From NCBI GenBank assembly GCA_032718475.1, contig JAUCBJ010007729.1, forward strand, positions 1 through 64,000: a stretch of DNA of 64,000 nt, read 5' to 3'. The notes beneath the pieces were generated by a model, which saw nothing but the letters and a program-made list of their open reading frames with translations, was not told the origin of the DNA and made no database searches. The DNA comes from Nemertoderma westbladi. Lineage: Eukaryota; Animalia; Xenacoelomorpha. Below, piece after piece: positions 39,401 to 53,894 of this stretch (its first letter is position 1; each line of letters starts with the position of its first letter). A program made the translations under genes and the position numbers.

Positions 39401-42400
39401 CGGATCATAAATAAACGGGTCATAGTACGGATCATAAATAATCGGGTCATAGTACGGATCATAAATAAACGGGTCATATGGTACGGATCATAAATAATCG
39501 GGTCATAGTACGGATCATAAATAATCGGGTCATAGTACGGATCATAAATAAACGGGTCATAGTACGGATCATTAATAATCGGGTCATAGTACGGATCATA
39601 AATAATTGGTCATAGTACGGATCATAAATAAACGGGTCATAGTACGGATCATAAATAATCGGGTTATAGTACGGATCATAAATAAACGGGTCATAGTACG
39701 GATCATAAATAATCGGGTCATAGTACGGATCATAAATAAACGGGTCATAGTACGGATCATAAATAAACGGGTCATAGTACGGATCATTAATAATCGGGTT
39801 ATAGTACGGATCATAAATAAACGGGTCATAGTACGGATCATAAATAATCGGGTCATAAATAATCGGGTAATAGTACGGATCATAAATAATCGGGTCATAG
39901 TACGGATCATAAATAATCGGGTCATATGGTACGGATCATAAATAATCGGGTCATATGGTACGGATCATAAATAATCGGGTCATAGTACGGATCATAAATA
40001 ATCGGGTTATAGTACGGATCATAAATAATCGGGTCATATGGTACGGATCATAAAGAATCGGGTCATAGTACGGATCATAAATAATCGGGTCATATAGTAC
40101 GGATCATAAATAATCGGGTCATATGGTACGGATCATAAAGAATCGGGTCATAGTACGGATCATAAATAATCGGGTCATATGGTACGGATCATAAATAATC
40201 GGGTCATATGGTACGGATCATAAATAATCGGGTCATATGGTACGGATCATAAAGAATCGGGTCATAGTACGGATCATAAATAATCGGGTCATATGGTACG
40301 GATCATAAATAATCGGGTCATAGTACGGATCATAAATAATCGGGTCATATGGTACGGATCATAAATAATCGGGTTATAGTACGGATCATAAATAATTGGG
40401 TTATAGTACGGATCATAAATAATCGGGTCATATGGTACGGATCATAAATAATCGGGTTATAGTACGGATCATAAATAAACGGGTCATAGTACGGATCATA
40501 AATAAACGGGTCATAGTACGGATCATAAATAATCGGGTCATAGTACGGATCATAAATAATTGGGTTATAGTACGGATCATAAATAATTGGGTTATAGTAC
40601 GGATCATAAATAATCGGGTCATAGTACGGATCATAAATAATCGGGTCATAGTACGGATCATAAATAATCGGGTCATAGTACGGATCATACAGGATCTACA
40701 GGAGCTAATAAACCAACAGGTTGATGCCATCAATGATGCTGATGACAGCAGGCAATCATCCCAGGCATGGAAATCGATCAATCTGCTTACTGGGCGGAAA
40801 AGCCAACCAACCACCAAGGTTAAGGCTGAATCACCAGCCGATCGCCTTAATGGTTGGAAAGCCCACTTTGCAAAGCTCCTCAATAATGACAGGGTATTGC
40901 CTGATAACTTTATAGAAGTAAAAGTGTCTGAGTCTGTACTCCCAGATATTCCCATTGGCGATATCTCCTTTGCAGAAGTGAAGGCTGCTGCAAAGAGCAT
41001 TAAGACCAATCGTGCCAGTGGAGTAGATGGTGTTCCCCCTGAGGTCTTTAAAATACCTGAGTGTTTAAAGCTCATCTATCCCATCATAGTAGACATGTAC
41101 CGTACAACAAGAGTCCCACAAGAAATGAAAACAAATAAGTTGGTGCCAGTTCCCAAGAAGGGCAACCTAACACTCTATGGTTCTTTTCGGGGAATCTCAT
41201 TGATCTCGATTGCTGCAAAACTATACAATAGAATTCTATTAAATCGCATCAGGGATCCCATTGAGAGACTGCTACGTGGAAATCAGAATGGGTTCCGTAA
41301 AGGTCGTGGGACCATGGAGCCCATTTTGGCACTTAGAAGGATAATTGAAGAGTTATCAAAAAAGAAAGACAGGCATCTGGCTGTTATCTTTGTTGACTTC
41401 TTCAAGGCCTTTGATTCAGTCTCTCGCTCACGTATGTTCAGCATACTTTCATTATATGGGATTCCTGATGAAATTATTGCAGCAATCAGATCAGTATACG
41501 ATGGTTCGACAACATTTGTGTCTACTGTTGACGGTGACACAGAACCATTTGAAGTGTTATGGGGCGTCCTCCAAGGAGACACACTTGCACCATTCTTGTT
41601 CATTATTGTGGTTGACTATGTTCTACGCATGTCCTTAGATCATCATAATGATGATGGGGTGATGATAACTCCACCTACTGGCTCCAGAAGTCGAGGAAAT
41701 CCTGCCAAGTACCTAACTGATCTAGACTTTGCTGATGACTTAGGAGTACTCTCAGAATCATTAGAGGGAGCCCAGCGGCTCCTCAGCTCATTAGAACATG
41801 CTGCTTCTAGTGTTGGTCTTTTTATTAACTCCAGAAAGACCAAAATTCTGACAGTTAACTTTGAAAGTCCTCAGCAAGTCTCTGATCGGATGAGCATAAG
41901 CTCAAAGGATGGTATGCTTGAGCATGTGGACGACTTCTGTTACCTGGGATCATGGATCCGGAAGTCAGGTGAGGACCTTCGAATACGTAAGGGAAAGGCA
42001 TGGGCAGCCTTGAATAGGCTTTCCAGGATTTGGAAGTCACCTAGAATTAATCGGAAACTTAAGGTCCGATTATTTAGAGCAGCAGTAGTTCCAGTACTCC
42101 TCTACGGGAGTCCATGCTGGGCTCTAACTGCTGAGGACACCAAATCTCTGGATGGCACATTCACAAGAATGTTACGCCGGGTACATTGTGTCAAGTACAA
42201 TGCACACATCTCCAACCAGACACTATATAACATTGGAGGTGTCTCATTGGTTCCCCCAAGCTGGACACTAGAACAAAATCGCCTCCGCTTTGCAGGACAT
42301 TGCTTTCGCCGTGAGGACCAGCCAGTGCATAATCTTGTACTTTGGCAGCCTCATGGAGTGAATAAGCATGGTGGACAGCCCATGACTTTCTTGAGACGCA

Positions 42401-45400
42401 TCTTAAAGGACACTGGCCTTAAAGATGCGGATGATCTAGCAAATGTCATGGGTGATAGGGAGTTGTGGCGGTGCAATTTTGTTGACAAGCCGGCACAGCA
42501 TTCTTAAAAATGCAGCTGCAATGCAGCATGCCGATCCTAGTAGTACGGATCATAAATAATCGGGTCATAGTACGGATCATAAATAATTGGTCATAGTACG
42601 GATCATAAATAATCGGGTCATATGGTACGGATCATAAATAATCGGGTTATAGTACGGATCATAAATAAACGGGTCATAGTACGGATCATAAATAATCGGG
42701 TCATAGTACGGATCATAAATAATCGGGTCATAGTACGGATCATAAATAATCGGGTCATAGTACGGATCATAAATAATCGGGTCATAGTACGGATCATAAA
42801 TAATCGGGTCATAGTACGGATCATAAATAATCGGGTTATAGTACGGATCATAAATAAACGGGTCATAGTACGGATCATAAATAAACGGGTCATAGTACGG
42901 ATCATAAATAATCGGGTCATAGTACGGATCATAAATAATCGGGTCATAGTACGGATCATAAATAATCGGGTCATAGTACGGATCATAAATAATTGGTCAT
43001 AGTACGGATCATAAATAATCGGGTCATATGGTACGGATCATAAATAATCGGGTTATAGTACGGATCATAAATAAACGGGTCATAGTACGGATCATAAATA
43101 ATCGGGTCATAGTACGGATCATAAATAATTGGTCATAGTACGGATCATAAATAATCGGGTCATATGGTACGGATCATAAATAATCGGGTTATAGTACGGA
43201 TCATAAATAAACGGGTCATAGTACGGATCATAAATAATCGGGTCATATGGTACGGATCATAAATAATCGGGTCATAGTACGGATCATAAATAATCGGGTC
43301 ATAGTACGGATCATAAATAATTGGGTTATAGTACGGATCATAAATAATCGGGTCATAGTACGGATCATAAATAATCGGGTCATAGTACGGATCATAAATA
43401 ATCGGGTCATAGTACGGATCATAAATAATCGGGTCATAGTACGGATCATAAATAATCGGGTCATAGTACGGATCATAAATAATTGGGTTATAGTACGGAT
43501 CATAAATAATCGGGTCATAGTACGGATCATAAATAATCGGGTCATAGTACGGATCATAAATAATCGGGTCATAGTACGGATCATAAATAATCGGGTTATA
43601 GTACGGATCATAAATAATCGGGTCATAGTACGGATCATAAATAATCGGGTTATAGTACGGATCATAAATAATCGGGTCATAGTACGGATCATAAATAAAC
43701 GGGTCATAGTACGGATCATAAATAATCGGGTCATAGTACGGATCATAAATAATCGGGTCATAGTACGGATCATAAATAATCGGGTCATAGTACGGATCAT
43801 AAATAAACGGGTTATAGTACGGATCATAAATAAACGGGTCATATGGTACGGATCATAAATAATCGGGTCATAGTACGGATCATAAATAAACGGGTCATAG
43901 TACGGATCATAAATAATCGGGTCATAGTACGGATCATAAATAATCGGGTCATAGTACGGATCATAAATAATCGGGTCATAGTACGGATCATAAATAATCG
44001 GGTCATAGTACGGATCATAAATAAACGGGTCATAGTACGGATCATAAATAAACGGGTCATAGTACGGATCATAAATAATCGGGTCATAGTACGGATCATA
44101 AATAATCGGGTCATAGTACGGATCATAAATAAACGGGTCATAGTACGGATCATAAATAATCGGGTCATAGTACGGATCATAAATAATCGGGTCATAGTAC
44201 GGATCATAAATAAACGGGTCATAGTACGGATCATAAATAATCGGGTCATAGTACGGATCATAAATAATCGGGTCATAGTACGGATCATAAATAAACGGGT
44301 TATAGTACGGATCATAAATAAACGGGTCATATGGTACGGATCATAAATAATCGGGTCATAGTACGGATCATAAATAAACGGGTCATAGTACGGATTATAA
44401 ATAATCGGGTCATAGTACGGATCATAAATAATCGGGTTATAGTACGGATCATAAATAATCGGGTTATAGTACGGATCATAAATAATCGGGTCATAGTACG
44501 GATCATAAATAATCGGGTCATAGTACGGATCATAAATAATCGGGTCATAGTACGGATCATAAATAAACGGGTCATAGTACGGATCATAAATAAACGGGTC
44601 ATAGTACGGATCATAAATAATCGGGTCATAGTACGGATCATAAATAATCGGGTCATAGTACGGATCATAAATAATCGGGTCATAGTACGGATCATAAATA
44701 ATCGGGTCATAGTACGGATCATAAATAATCGGGTCATAGTACGGATCATAAATAATCGGGTCATAGTACGGATCATAAATAATCGGGTCATAGTACGGAT
44801 CATAAATAAACGGGTCATAGTACGGATCATAAATAAACGGGTCATAGTACGGATCATAAATAATCGGGTCATAGTACGGATCATAAATAATCGGGTCATA
44901 GTACGGATCATAAATAAACGGGTCATAGTACGGATCATAAATAATCGGGTCATATGGTACGGATCATAAATAATCGGGTCATATGGTACGGATCATAAAT
45001 AATCGGGTTATAGTACGGATCATAAATAAACGGGTCATATGGTACGGATCATAAATAATCGGGTCATAGTACGGATCATAAATAAACGGGTCATAGTACG
45101 GATCATAAATAATCGGGTCATATGGTACGGATCATAAATAATCGGGTTATAGTACGGATCATAAATAAACGGGTCATATGGTACGGATCATAAATAATCG
45201 GGTCATAGTACGGATCATAAATAATCGGGTCATAGTACGGATCATAAATAATCGGGTTATAGTACGGATCATAAATAATCGGGTTATAGTACGGATCATA
45301 AATAATCGGGTCATATGGTACGGATCATACATAATCGGGTCATAGTACGGATCATAAATAATCGGGTTATAGTACGGATCATAAATAATTGGGTTATAGT

Positions 45401-48400
45401 ACGGATCATAAATAATCGGGTCATATGGTACGGATCATAAATAATCGGGTTATAGTACGGATCATAAATAATCGGGTTATAGTACGGATCATAAATAATC
45501 GGGTCATAGTACGGATCATAAATAATCGGGTCATATGGTACGGATCATAAATAATCGGGTCATATGGTACGGATCATAAATAATCGGGTTATAGTACGGA
45601 TCATAAATAATTGGGTTATAGTACGGATCATAAATAATCGGGTCATATGGTACGGATCATAAATAATCGGGTTATAGTACGGATCATAAATAATCGGGTC
45701 ATAGTACGGATCATAAATAATCGGGTCATAGTACGGATCATAAATAATCGGGTCATATGGTACGGATCATAAATAATCGGGTTATAGTACGGATCATAAA
45801 TAAACGGGTCATAGTACGGATCATAAATAATTGGGTTATAGTACGGATCATAAATAATCGGGTCATATGGTACGGATCATAAATAATCGGGTTATAGTAC
45901 GGATCATAAATAATCGGGTCATAGTACGGATCATAAATAATCGGGTCATATGGTACGGATCATAAATAAACGGGTCATAGTACGGATCATAAATAAACGG
46001 GTCATAGTACGGATCATAAATAATCGGGTCATATGGTACGGATCATAAATAAACGGGTCATAGTACGGATCATAAATAATCGGGTCATAGTACGGATCAT
46101 AAATAATCGGGTCATAGTACGGATCATAAATAATCGGGTCATATGGTACGGATCATAAATAATCGGGTCATAGTACGGATCATAAATAATCGGGTCATAG
46201 TACGGATCATTAATAAACGGGTCATAGTACGGATCATAAATAATCGGGTTATAGTACGGATCATAAATAATCGGGTCATAGTACGGATCATTAATAATCG
46301 GGTCATAGTACGGATCATAAATAATCGGGTCATAGTACGGATCATAAATAATCGGGTCATATGGTACGGATCATAAATAATCGGGTTATAGTACGGATCA
46401 TAAATAATCGGGTTATAGTACGGATCATAAATAATCGGGTCATAGTACGGATCATAAATAATCGGGTCATAGTACGGATCATAAATAATTGGGTTATAGT
46501 ACGGATCATAAATAATCGGGTCATAGTACGGATCATAAATAATCGGGTTATAGTACGGATCATAAATAAACGGGTCATAGTACGGATCATAAATAATCGG
46601 GTCATAGTACGGATCATAAATAATCGGGTCATAGTACGGATCATAAATAATCGGGTCATAGTACGGATCATTAATAAACGGGTCATAGTACGGATCATTA
46701 ATAATCGGGTTATAGTACGGATCATTAATAAACGGGTCATAGTACGGATCATAAATAATCGGGTCATAGTACGGATCATAAATAATCGGGTCATAGTACG
46801 GATCATAAATAATCGGGTCATATGGTACGGATCATAAATAATCGGGTTATAGTACGGATCATTAATAAACGGGTCATAGTACGGATCATAAATAATCGGG
46901 TCATAGTACGGATCATAAATAATCGGGTCATAGTACGGATCATAAATAATCGGGTCATATGGTACGGATCATAAATAATCGGGTTATAGTACGGATCATA
47001 AATAAACGGGTCATAGTACGGATCATAAATAATCGGGTCATAGTACGGATCATAAATAATCGGGTCATAGTACGGATCATAAATAATTGGGTTATAGTAC
47101 GGATCATAAATAATCGGGTCATAGTACGGATCATAAATAATCGGGTTATAGTACGGATCATAAATAAACGGGTCATAGTACGGATCATAAATAATCGGGT
47201 TATAGTACGGATCATAAATAAACGGGTCATAGTACGGATCATAAATAAACGGGTCATAGTACGGATCATAAATAATCGGGTCATAGTACGGATCATAAAT
47301 AATCGGGTCATAGTACGGATCATAAATAATCGGGTTATAGTACGGATCATAAATAAACGGGTCATAGTACGGATCATAAATAATCGGGTTATAGTACGGA
47401 TCATAAATAAACGGGTCATAGTACGGATCATAAATAAACGGGTCATATGGTACGGATCATAAATAATCGGGTCATAGTACGGATCATAAATAATCGGGTC
47501 ATAGTACGGATCATAAATAATTGGGTCATAGTACGGATCATAAATAATCGGGTCATAGTACGGATCATAAATAATCGGGTCATAGTACGGATCATAAATA
47601 ATCGGGTCATATGTACGGATCATAAATAATCGGGTCATAGTACGGATCATAAATAATCGGGTCATAGTACGGATCATAAATAAACGGGTCATAGTACGGA
47701 TCATAAATAATCGGGTTATAGTACGGATCATAAATAATCGGGTCATATGGTACGGATCATAAATAATCGGGTTATAGTACGGATCATAAATAATCGGGTC
47801 ATAGTACGGATCATAAATAATCGGGTCATAGTACGGATCATAAATAATCGGGTTATAGTACGGATCATAAATAATCGGGTCATATGGTACGGATCATAAA
47901 TAATCGGGTTATAGTACGGATCATAAATAAACGGGTCATAGTACGGATCATAAATAATCGGGTCATAGTACGGATCATAAATAATCGGGTTATAGTACGG
48001 ATCATAAATAATCGGGTCATATGGTACGGATCATAAATAATCGGGTCATAGTACGGATCATAAATAAACGGGTCATAGTACGGATCATAAATAATCGGGT
48101 TATAGTACGGATCATAAATAATCGGGTCATAGTACGGATCATAAATAATCGGGTCATAGTACGGATCATAAATAAACGGGTCATAGTACGGATCATAAAT
48201 AATCGGGTCATAGTACGGATCATAAATAATCGGGTTATAGTACGGATCATAAATAATCGGGTCATAGTACGGATCATAAATAATCGGGTTATAGTACGGA
48301 TCATAAATAATCGGGTCATAGTACGGATCATAAATAATCGGGTCATAGTACGGATCATAAATAATCGGGTTATAGTACGGATCATAAATAATCGGGTCAT

Positions 48401-51400
48401 AGTACGGATCATAAATAATCGGGTCATAGTACGGATCATAAATAAACGGGTCATATGGTACGGATCATAAATAAACGGGTCATAGTACGGATCATAAATA
48501 ATCGGGTCATAGTACGGATCATAAATAATCGGGTCATAGTACGGATCATAAATAATCGGGTCATAGTACGGATCATAAATAATCGGGTTATAGTACGGAT
48601 CATAAATAATCGGGTCATAGTACGGATCATAAATAAACGGGTTATAGTACGGATCATAAATAATCGGGTCATAGTACGGATCATAAATAATCGGGTCATA
48701 GTACGGATCATAAATAATCGGGTTATAGTACGGATCATAAATAATCGGGTTATAGTACGGATCATAAATAAACGGGTCATAGTACGGATCATAAATAATC
48801 GGGTCATAGTACGGATCATAAATAATCGGGTCATATGGTACGGATCATAAATAATCGGGTCATAGTACGGATCATAAATAATCGGGTCATAGTACGGATC
48901 ATAAATAATCGGGTCATAGTACGGATCATAAATAATCGGGTCATAGTACGGATCATAAATAATCGGGTCATAGTACGGATCATAAATAATCGGGTTATAG
49001 TACGGATCATAAATAATCGGGTCATATGGTACGGATCATAAATAATCGGGTCATAGTACGGATCATAAATAAACGGGTCATAGTACGGATCATAAATAAT
49101 CGGGTTATAGTACGGATCATAAATAATCGGGTCATAGTACGGATCATAAATAATCGGGTCATAGTACGGATCATAAATAATCGGGTCATAGTACGGATCA
49201 TAAATAATCGGGTTATAGTACGGATCATAAATAATCGGGTCATATGGTACGGATCATAAATAATCGGGTCATAGTACGGATCATAAATAAACGGGTCATA
49301 GTACGGATCATAAATAATCGGGTTATAGTACGGATCATAAATAATCGGGTCATAGTACGGATCATAAATAATCGGGTCATAGTACGGATCATAAATAAAC
49401 GGGTCATAGTACGGATCATAAATAATCGGGTTATAGTACGGATCATAAATAATCGGGTCATAGTACGGATCATAAATAATCGGGTCATAGTACGGATCAT
49501 AAATAATCGGGTTATAGTACGGATCATAAATAATCGGGTCATAGTACGGATCATAAATAATCGGGTCATAGTACGGATCATAAATAAACGGGTCATAGTA
49601 CGGATCATAAATAATTGGGTCATAGTACGGATCATAAATAATCGGGTTATAGTACGGATCATAAATAAACGGGTCATAGTACGGATCATAAATAATCGTG
49701 TTATAGTACGGATCATAAATAATCGGGTCATATGGTACGGATCATAAATAATCGGGTTATAGTACGGATCATAAATAAACGGATCATAGTACGGATCATA
49801 AATAATCGGGTTATAGTACGGATCATAAATAAACGGGTCATAGTACGGATCATAAATAATCGGGTTATAGTACGGATCATAAATAAACAGGTCATAGTAC
49901 GGATCATAAATAATCGGGTCATAGTACGAATCATAAATAATCGGGTCATAGTACGGATCATAAATAATCGGGTCATAGTACGGATCATAAATAATCGGGT
50001 TATAGTACGGATCATAAATAATCGGGTCATATGGTACGGATCATAAATAATCGGGTTATAGTACGGATCATAAATAAACGGGTCATAGTACGGATCATAA
50101 ATAAACGGGTCATAGTACGGATCATAAATAATTGGGTCATAGTACGGATCATAAATAATCGGGTTATAGTACGGATCATAAATAATCGGGTCATAGTACG
50201 GATCATAAATAAACGGGTCATAGTACGGATCATAAATAATCGGGTCATAGTACGGATCATAAATAATCGGGTCATAGTACGGATCATAAATAATCGGGTC
50301 ATATGGTACGGATCATAAATAAACGGGTTATAGTACGGATCATAAATAATCGGGTCATAGTACGGATCATAAATAATCGGGTTATAGTACGGATCATAAA
50401 TAAACGGGTCATAGTACGGATCATTAATAATCGGGTCATAGTACGGATCATAAATAATCGGGTTATAGTACGGATCATAAATAATCGGGTCATAGTACGG
50501 ATCATAAATAAACGGGTCATAGTACGGATCATAAATAAACGGGTCATAGTACGGATCATAAATAATCGGGTCATAGTACGGATCATAAATAATCGGGTTA
50601 TAGTACGGATCATAAATAAACGGGTCATAGTACGGATCATAAATAATCGGGTTATAGTACGGATCATAAATAAACGGGTCATAGTACGGATCATAAATAA
50701 TCGGGTCATAGTACGGATCATAAATAATCGGGTCATAGTACGGATCATAAATAATCGGGTCATAGTACGGATCATAAATAATCGGGTTATAGTACGGATC
50801 ATAAATAATCGGGTCATAGTACGGATCATAAATAAACGGGTCATATGGTACGGATCATAAATAATCGGGTTATAGTACGGATCATAAATAAACGGGTCAT
50901 AGTACGGATCATAAATAATCGGGTTATAGTACGGATCATAAATAATTGGGTCATAGTACGGATCATAAATAAACGGGTCATAGTACGGATCATAAATAAA
51001 CGGGTCATAGTACGGATCATAAATAATCGGGTCATAGTACGGATCATAAATAATTGGGTTATAGTACGGATCATAAATAATCGGGTTATAGTACGGATCA
51101 TAAATAAACGGGTCATAGTACGGATCATAAATAAACGGGTCATATGGTACGGATCATAAATAATCGGGTTATAGTACGGATCATAAATAATCGGGTCATA
51201 GTACGGATCATAAATAATCGGGTCATAGTACGGATCATAAATAATCGGGTCATAGTACGGATCATAAATAAACGGGTCATATAGTACGGATCATAAATAA
51301 ACGGGTCATAGTACGGATCATAAATAATCGGGTCATAGTACGGATCATAAATAAACGGGTCATATGGTACGGATCATAAATAATCGGGTCATAGTACGGA

Positions 51401-52709
51401 TCATAAATAATCGGGTCATATGGTACGGATCATAAATAATTGGTCATAGTACGGATCATAAATAATCGGGTCATATGGTACGGATCATAAATAATCGGGT
51501 CATAGTACGGATCATAAATAATCGGGTCATAGTACGGATCATAAATAAACGGGTCATATGGTACGGATCATAAATAATCGGGTCATAGTACGGATCATAA
51601 ATAATTGGTCATAGTACGGATCATAAATAATCGGGTCATATGGTACGGATCATAAATAATCGGGTCATAGTACGGATCATAAATAATCGGGTCATAGTAC
51701 GGATCATAAATAATCGGGTCATATGGTACGGATCATAAATAATCGGGTTATATGGTACGGATCATAAATAATCGGGTCATAGTACGGATCATAAATAATC
51801 GGGTCATAGTACGGATCATAAATAAACGGGTCATATGGTACGGATCATAAATAATCGGGTCATAGTACGGATCATAAATAATTGGTCATAGTACGGATCA
51901 TAAATAATCGGGTCATATGGTACGGATCATAAATAATCGGGTCATAGTACGGATCATAAATAATCGGGTCATAGTACGGATCATAAATAATCGGGTCATA
52001 GTACGGATCATAAATAATCGGGTCATAGTACGGATCATAAATAATCGGGTCATAGTACGGATCATAAATAATCGGGTCATAGTACGGATCATAAATAATC
52101 GGGTCATAGTACGGATCATAAATAATCGGGTCATAGTACGGATCATTAATAAACGGGTCATAGTACGGATCATAAATAATCGGGTCATAGTACGGATCAT
52201 AAATAATCGGGTCATAGTACGGATCATAAATAATCGGGTTATAGTACGGATCATTAATAAACGGGTCATAGTACGGATCATAAATAATCGGGTCAAAGTA
52301 CGGATCATAAATAATCGGGTTATAGTACGGATCATAAATAAACGGGTCATAGTACGGATCATAAATAATCGGGTCATAGTACGGATCATAAATAATCGGG
52401 TCATAGTACGGATCATAAATAATCGGGTCATAGTACGGATCATAAATAAACGGGTCATAGTGCGGATCATAAATAAACGGGTCATATGGTACGGATCATA
52501 AATAATCGGGTTATAGTACGGATCATAAATAAACGGGTCATAGTACGGATCATAAATAATCGGGTTATAGTACGGATCATAAATAAACGGGTCATAGTAC
52601 GGATCATAAATAATCGGGTCATAGTACGGATCATAAATAATCGGGTCATAGTACGGATCATAAATAAACGGGTCATAGTACGGATCATAAATAATCGGGT
52701 CACAGTACG
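27410..52709. repeat. 27-bp tandem satellite (cgggtcatagtacggatcataaataat), roughly 850-870 units, interrupted by an RTE
   Basis: Continuous tandem units with a small set of recurrent variants (aaa/aat, gtt/gtc, 29-bp catatggtac, attaat, tgg). Confidence 0.99.
40690..42540 (+). mobile_element. 5'-truncated RTE/RTEX-clade LINE with an intact RT, inserted in the satellite
   Basis: FRGISL, NQNGFRKGR, FVDFFKAFDSV, GVLQGDTLAPFLF, LDFADDL, FCYLGS, RLRFAGH; stop at 42507; no endonuclease domain. 14-bp TSD TAGTACGGATCATA (40676-40689, 42541-42554) and a short TAG tail. Confidence 0.95.
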
Positions 52710-53894
52710 TGTTCGCGCTTTCAGACCTTTAGCAGTTTAACCTGCCAAATTTAGATGTCTTCTAGATTATAAATAGACTTTAGCCTATGACGAGTATTTG
52801 ATACACTACATTAGCCGAAGCCAGTCTATGCGCGACCATTCACCCGCTGGATATACCCGGGAGACTGGATTCGGAAGCTTTGACCTTATTGCGGTGTAGG
52901 CCTACTGTATTATTCGACTGATCGTTAATATATAATTTCTGACAAATATTATTCACTTTCGGGAAATATTAACAGTTCCTTTAGGACGTGGCGCTCTAAA
53001 TATGTAAACAGAGTTATGACTTATACTAGACACAACGGGATGGCTATGGATTCACGTATAAAGCGCATTCTTTAGGAGATGCTTTGTTATCAGTCACAAT
53101 CATGCACACTACCGCACAATGCTGCACACCGATCTGCCGACCTTCACTAATTTTAGTCACATATAAAGAGAACAACAACCGACTCATGTAGTGCCTATGA
53201 AATAGCATTAGATTCACTCCAAAACCACTTTAATGTAAGTCGCAATTGTTATATGTAACCGGTCTCTCACCTTCAGTATATCAAGAAGATTGGGGGTTTT
53301 ATGATTATTCACCGATATTATCCAAATATAATAATATTCCATCAACTGATATAATTAATAACCGACAGTAAATAGCAGTAAAAATGCGGTGTTTGTAGTT
53401 GACAATATGATTTGACACACTGACTTGTGATTAGTTTGTGTTGCGATAACAGTTATACGTTTCTATGACCAAAGCCTACTAATGTTTGGCTAAAGCCTGA
53501 AACAAAGAAATTCCAAAGCCGGTCTTCTGGCTGTGGACAAAATACACATACTGACTGAATTGCATGAGCTTCTGTATACAATCTCCAACACAGAGTCTAA
53601 AAACGCTCTGATTGGTCGACCGAACAAAGAACGAACAAAGAACAAAGAAATGTTACACGTGGACATATCAGCTGTTAGATGTCGTCATGGTAACTACACT
53701 GTATCAAGAGGATTTTGGCTTATTGCGACATAAGATCGCTAGTTATGTCCGCTAAAGTACACATACAGAAGAAATGGCTTTTTATGTCCACTAAAACACC
53801 GGTACAGTAAGGAAACGGCTTTTTATGTCCGTTAAAACACCTACAGAGTACTTTGCGGGGAAAATAACTAGCTAGATCCGCAAAAGCCTTTACA
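52710..53894 (-). repeat. Probable 3' LTR of the BEL/Pao element
   Basis: The minus strand reads PPT TGGGAGCGG, then TGTAAAGG...GCGAACA, ending exactly where the satellite stops. It contains ~3x42-bp repeats (53740-53846). No 5' LTR is present to confirm it. Confidence 0.5.

Noticed and set aside
27410-52709. CRISPR array or bacterial RT/repeat defence system
   Set aside because: There are no unique spacers or cas genes, and the RT is an RTE-clade LINE with a TSD in a eukaryotic context.
27368-52740. Dozens of ORFs (MTRLFMIRT)n, (RVIVRIINN)n and (YDPIIYDPY)n as genes
   Set aside because: These are by-products of a 27-bp (3n) unit. Three of six frames being open over 9 codons is unremarkable, so they are kept only as a hypothesis in the findings.
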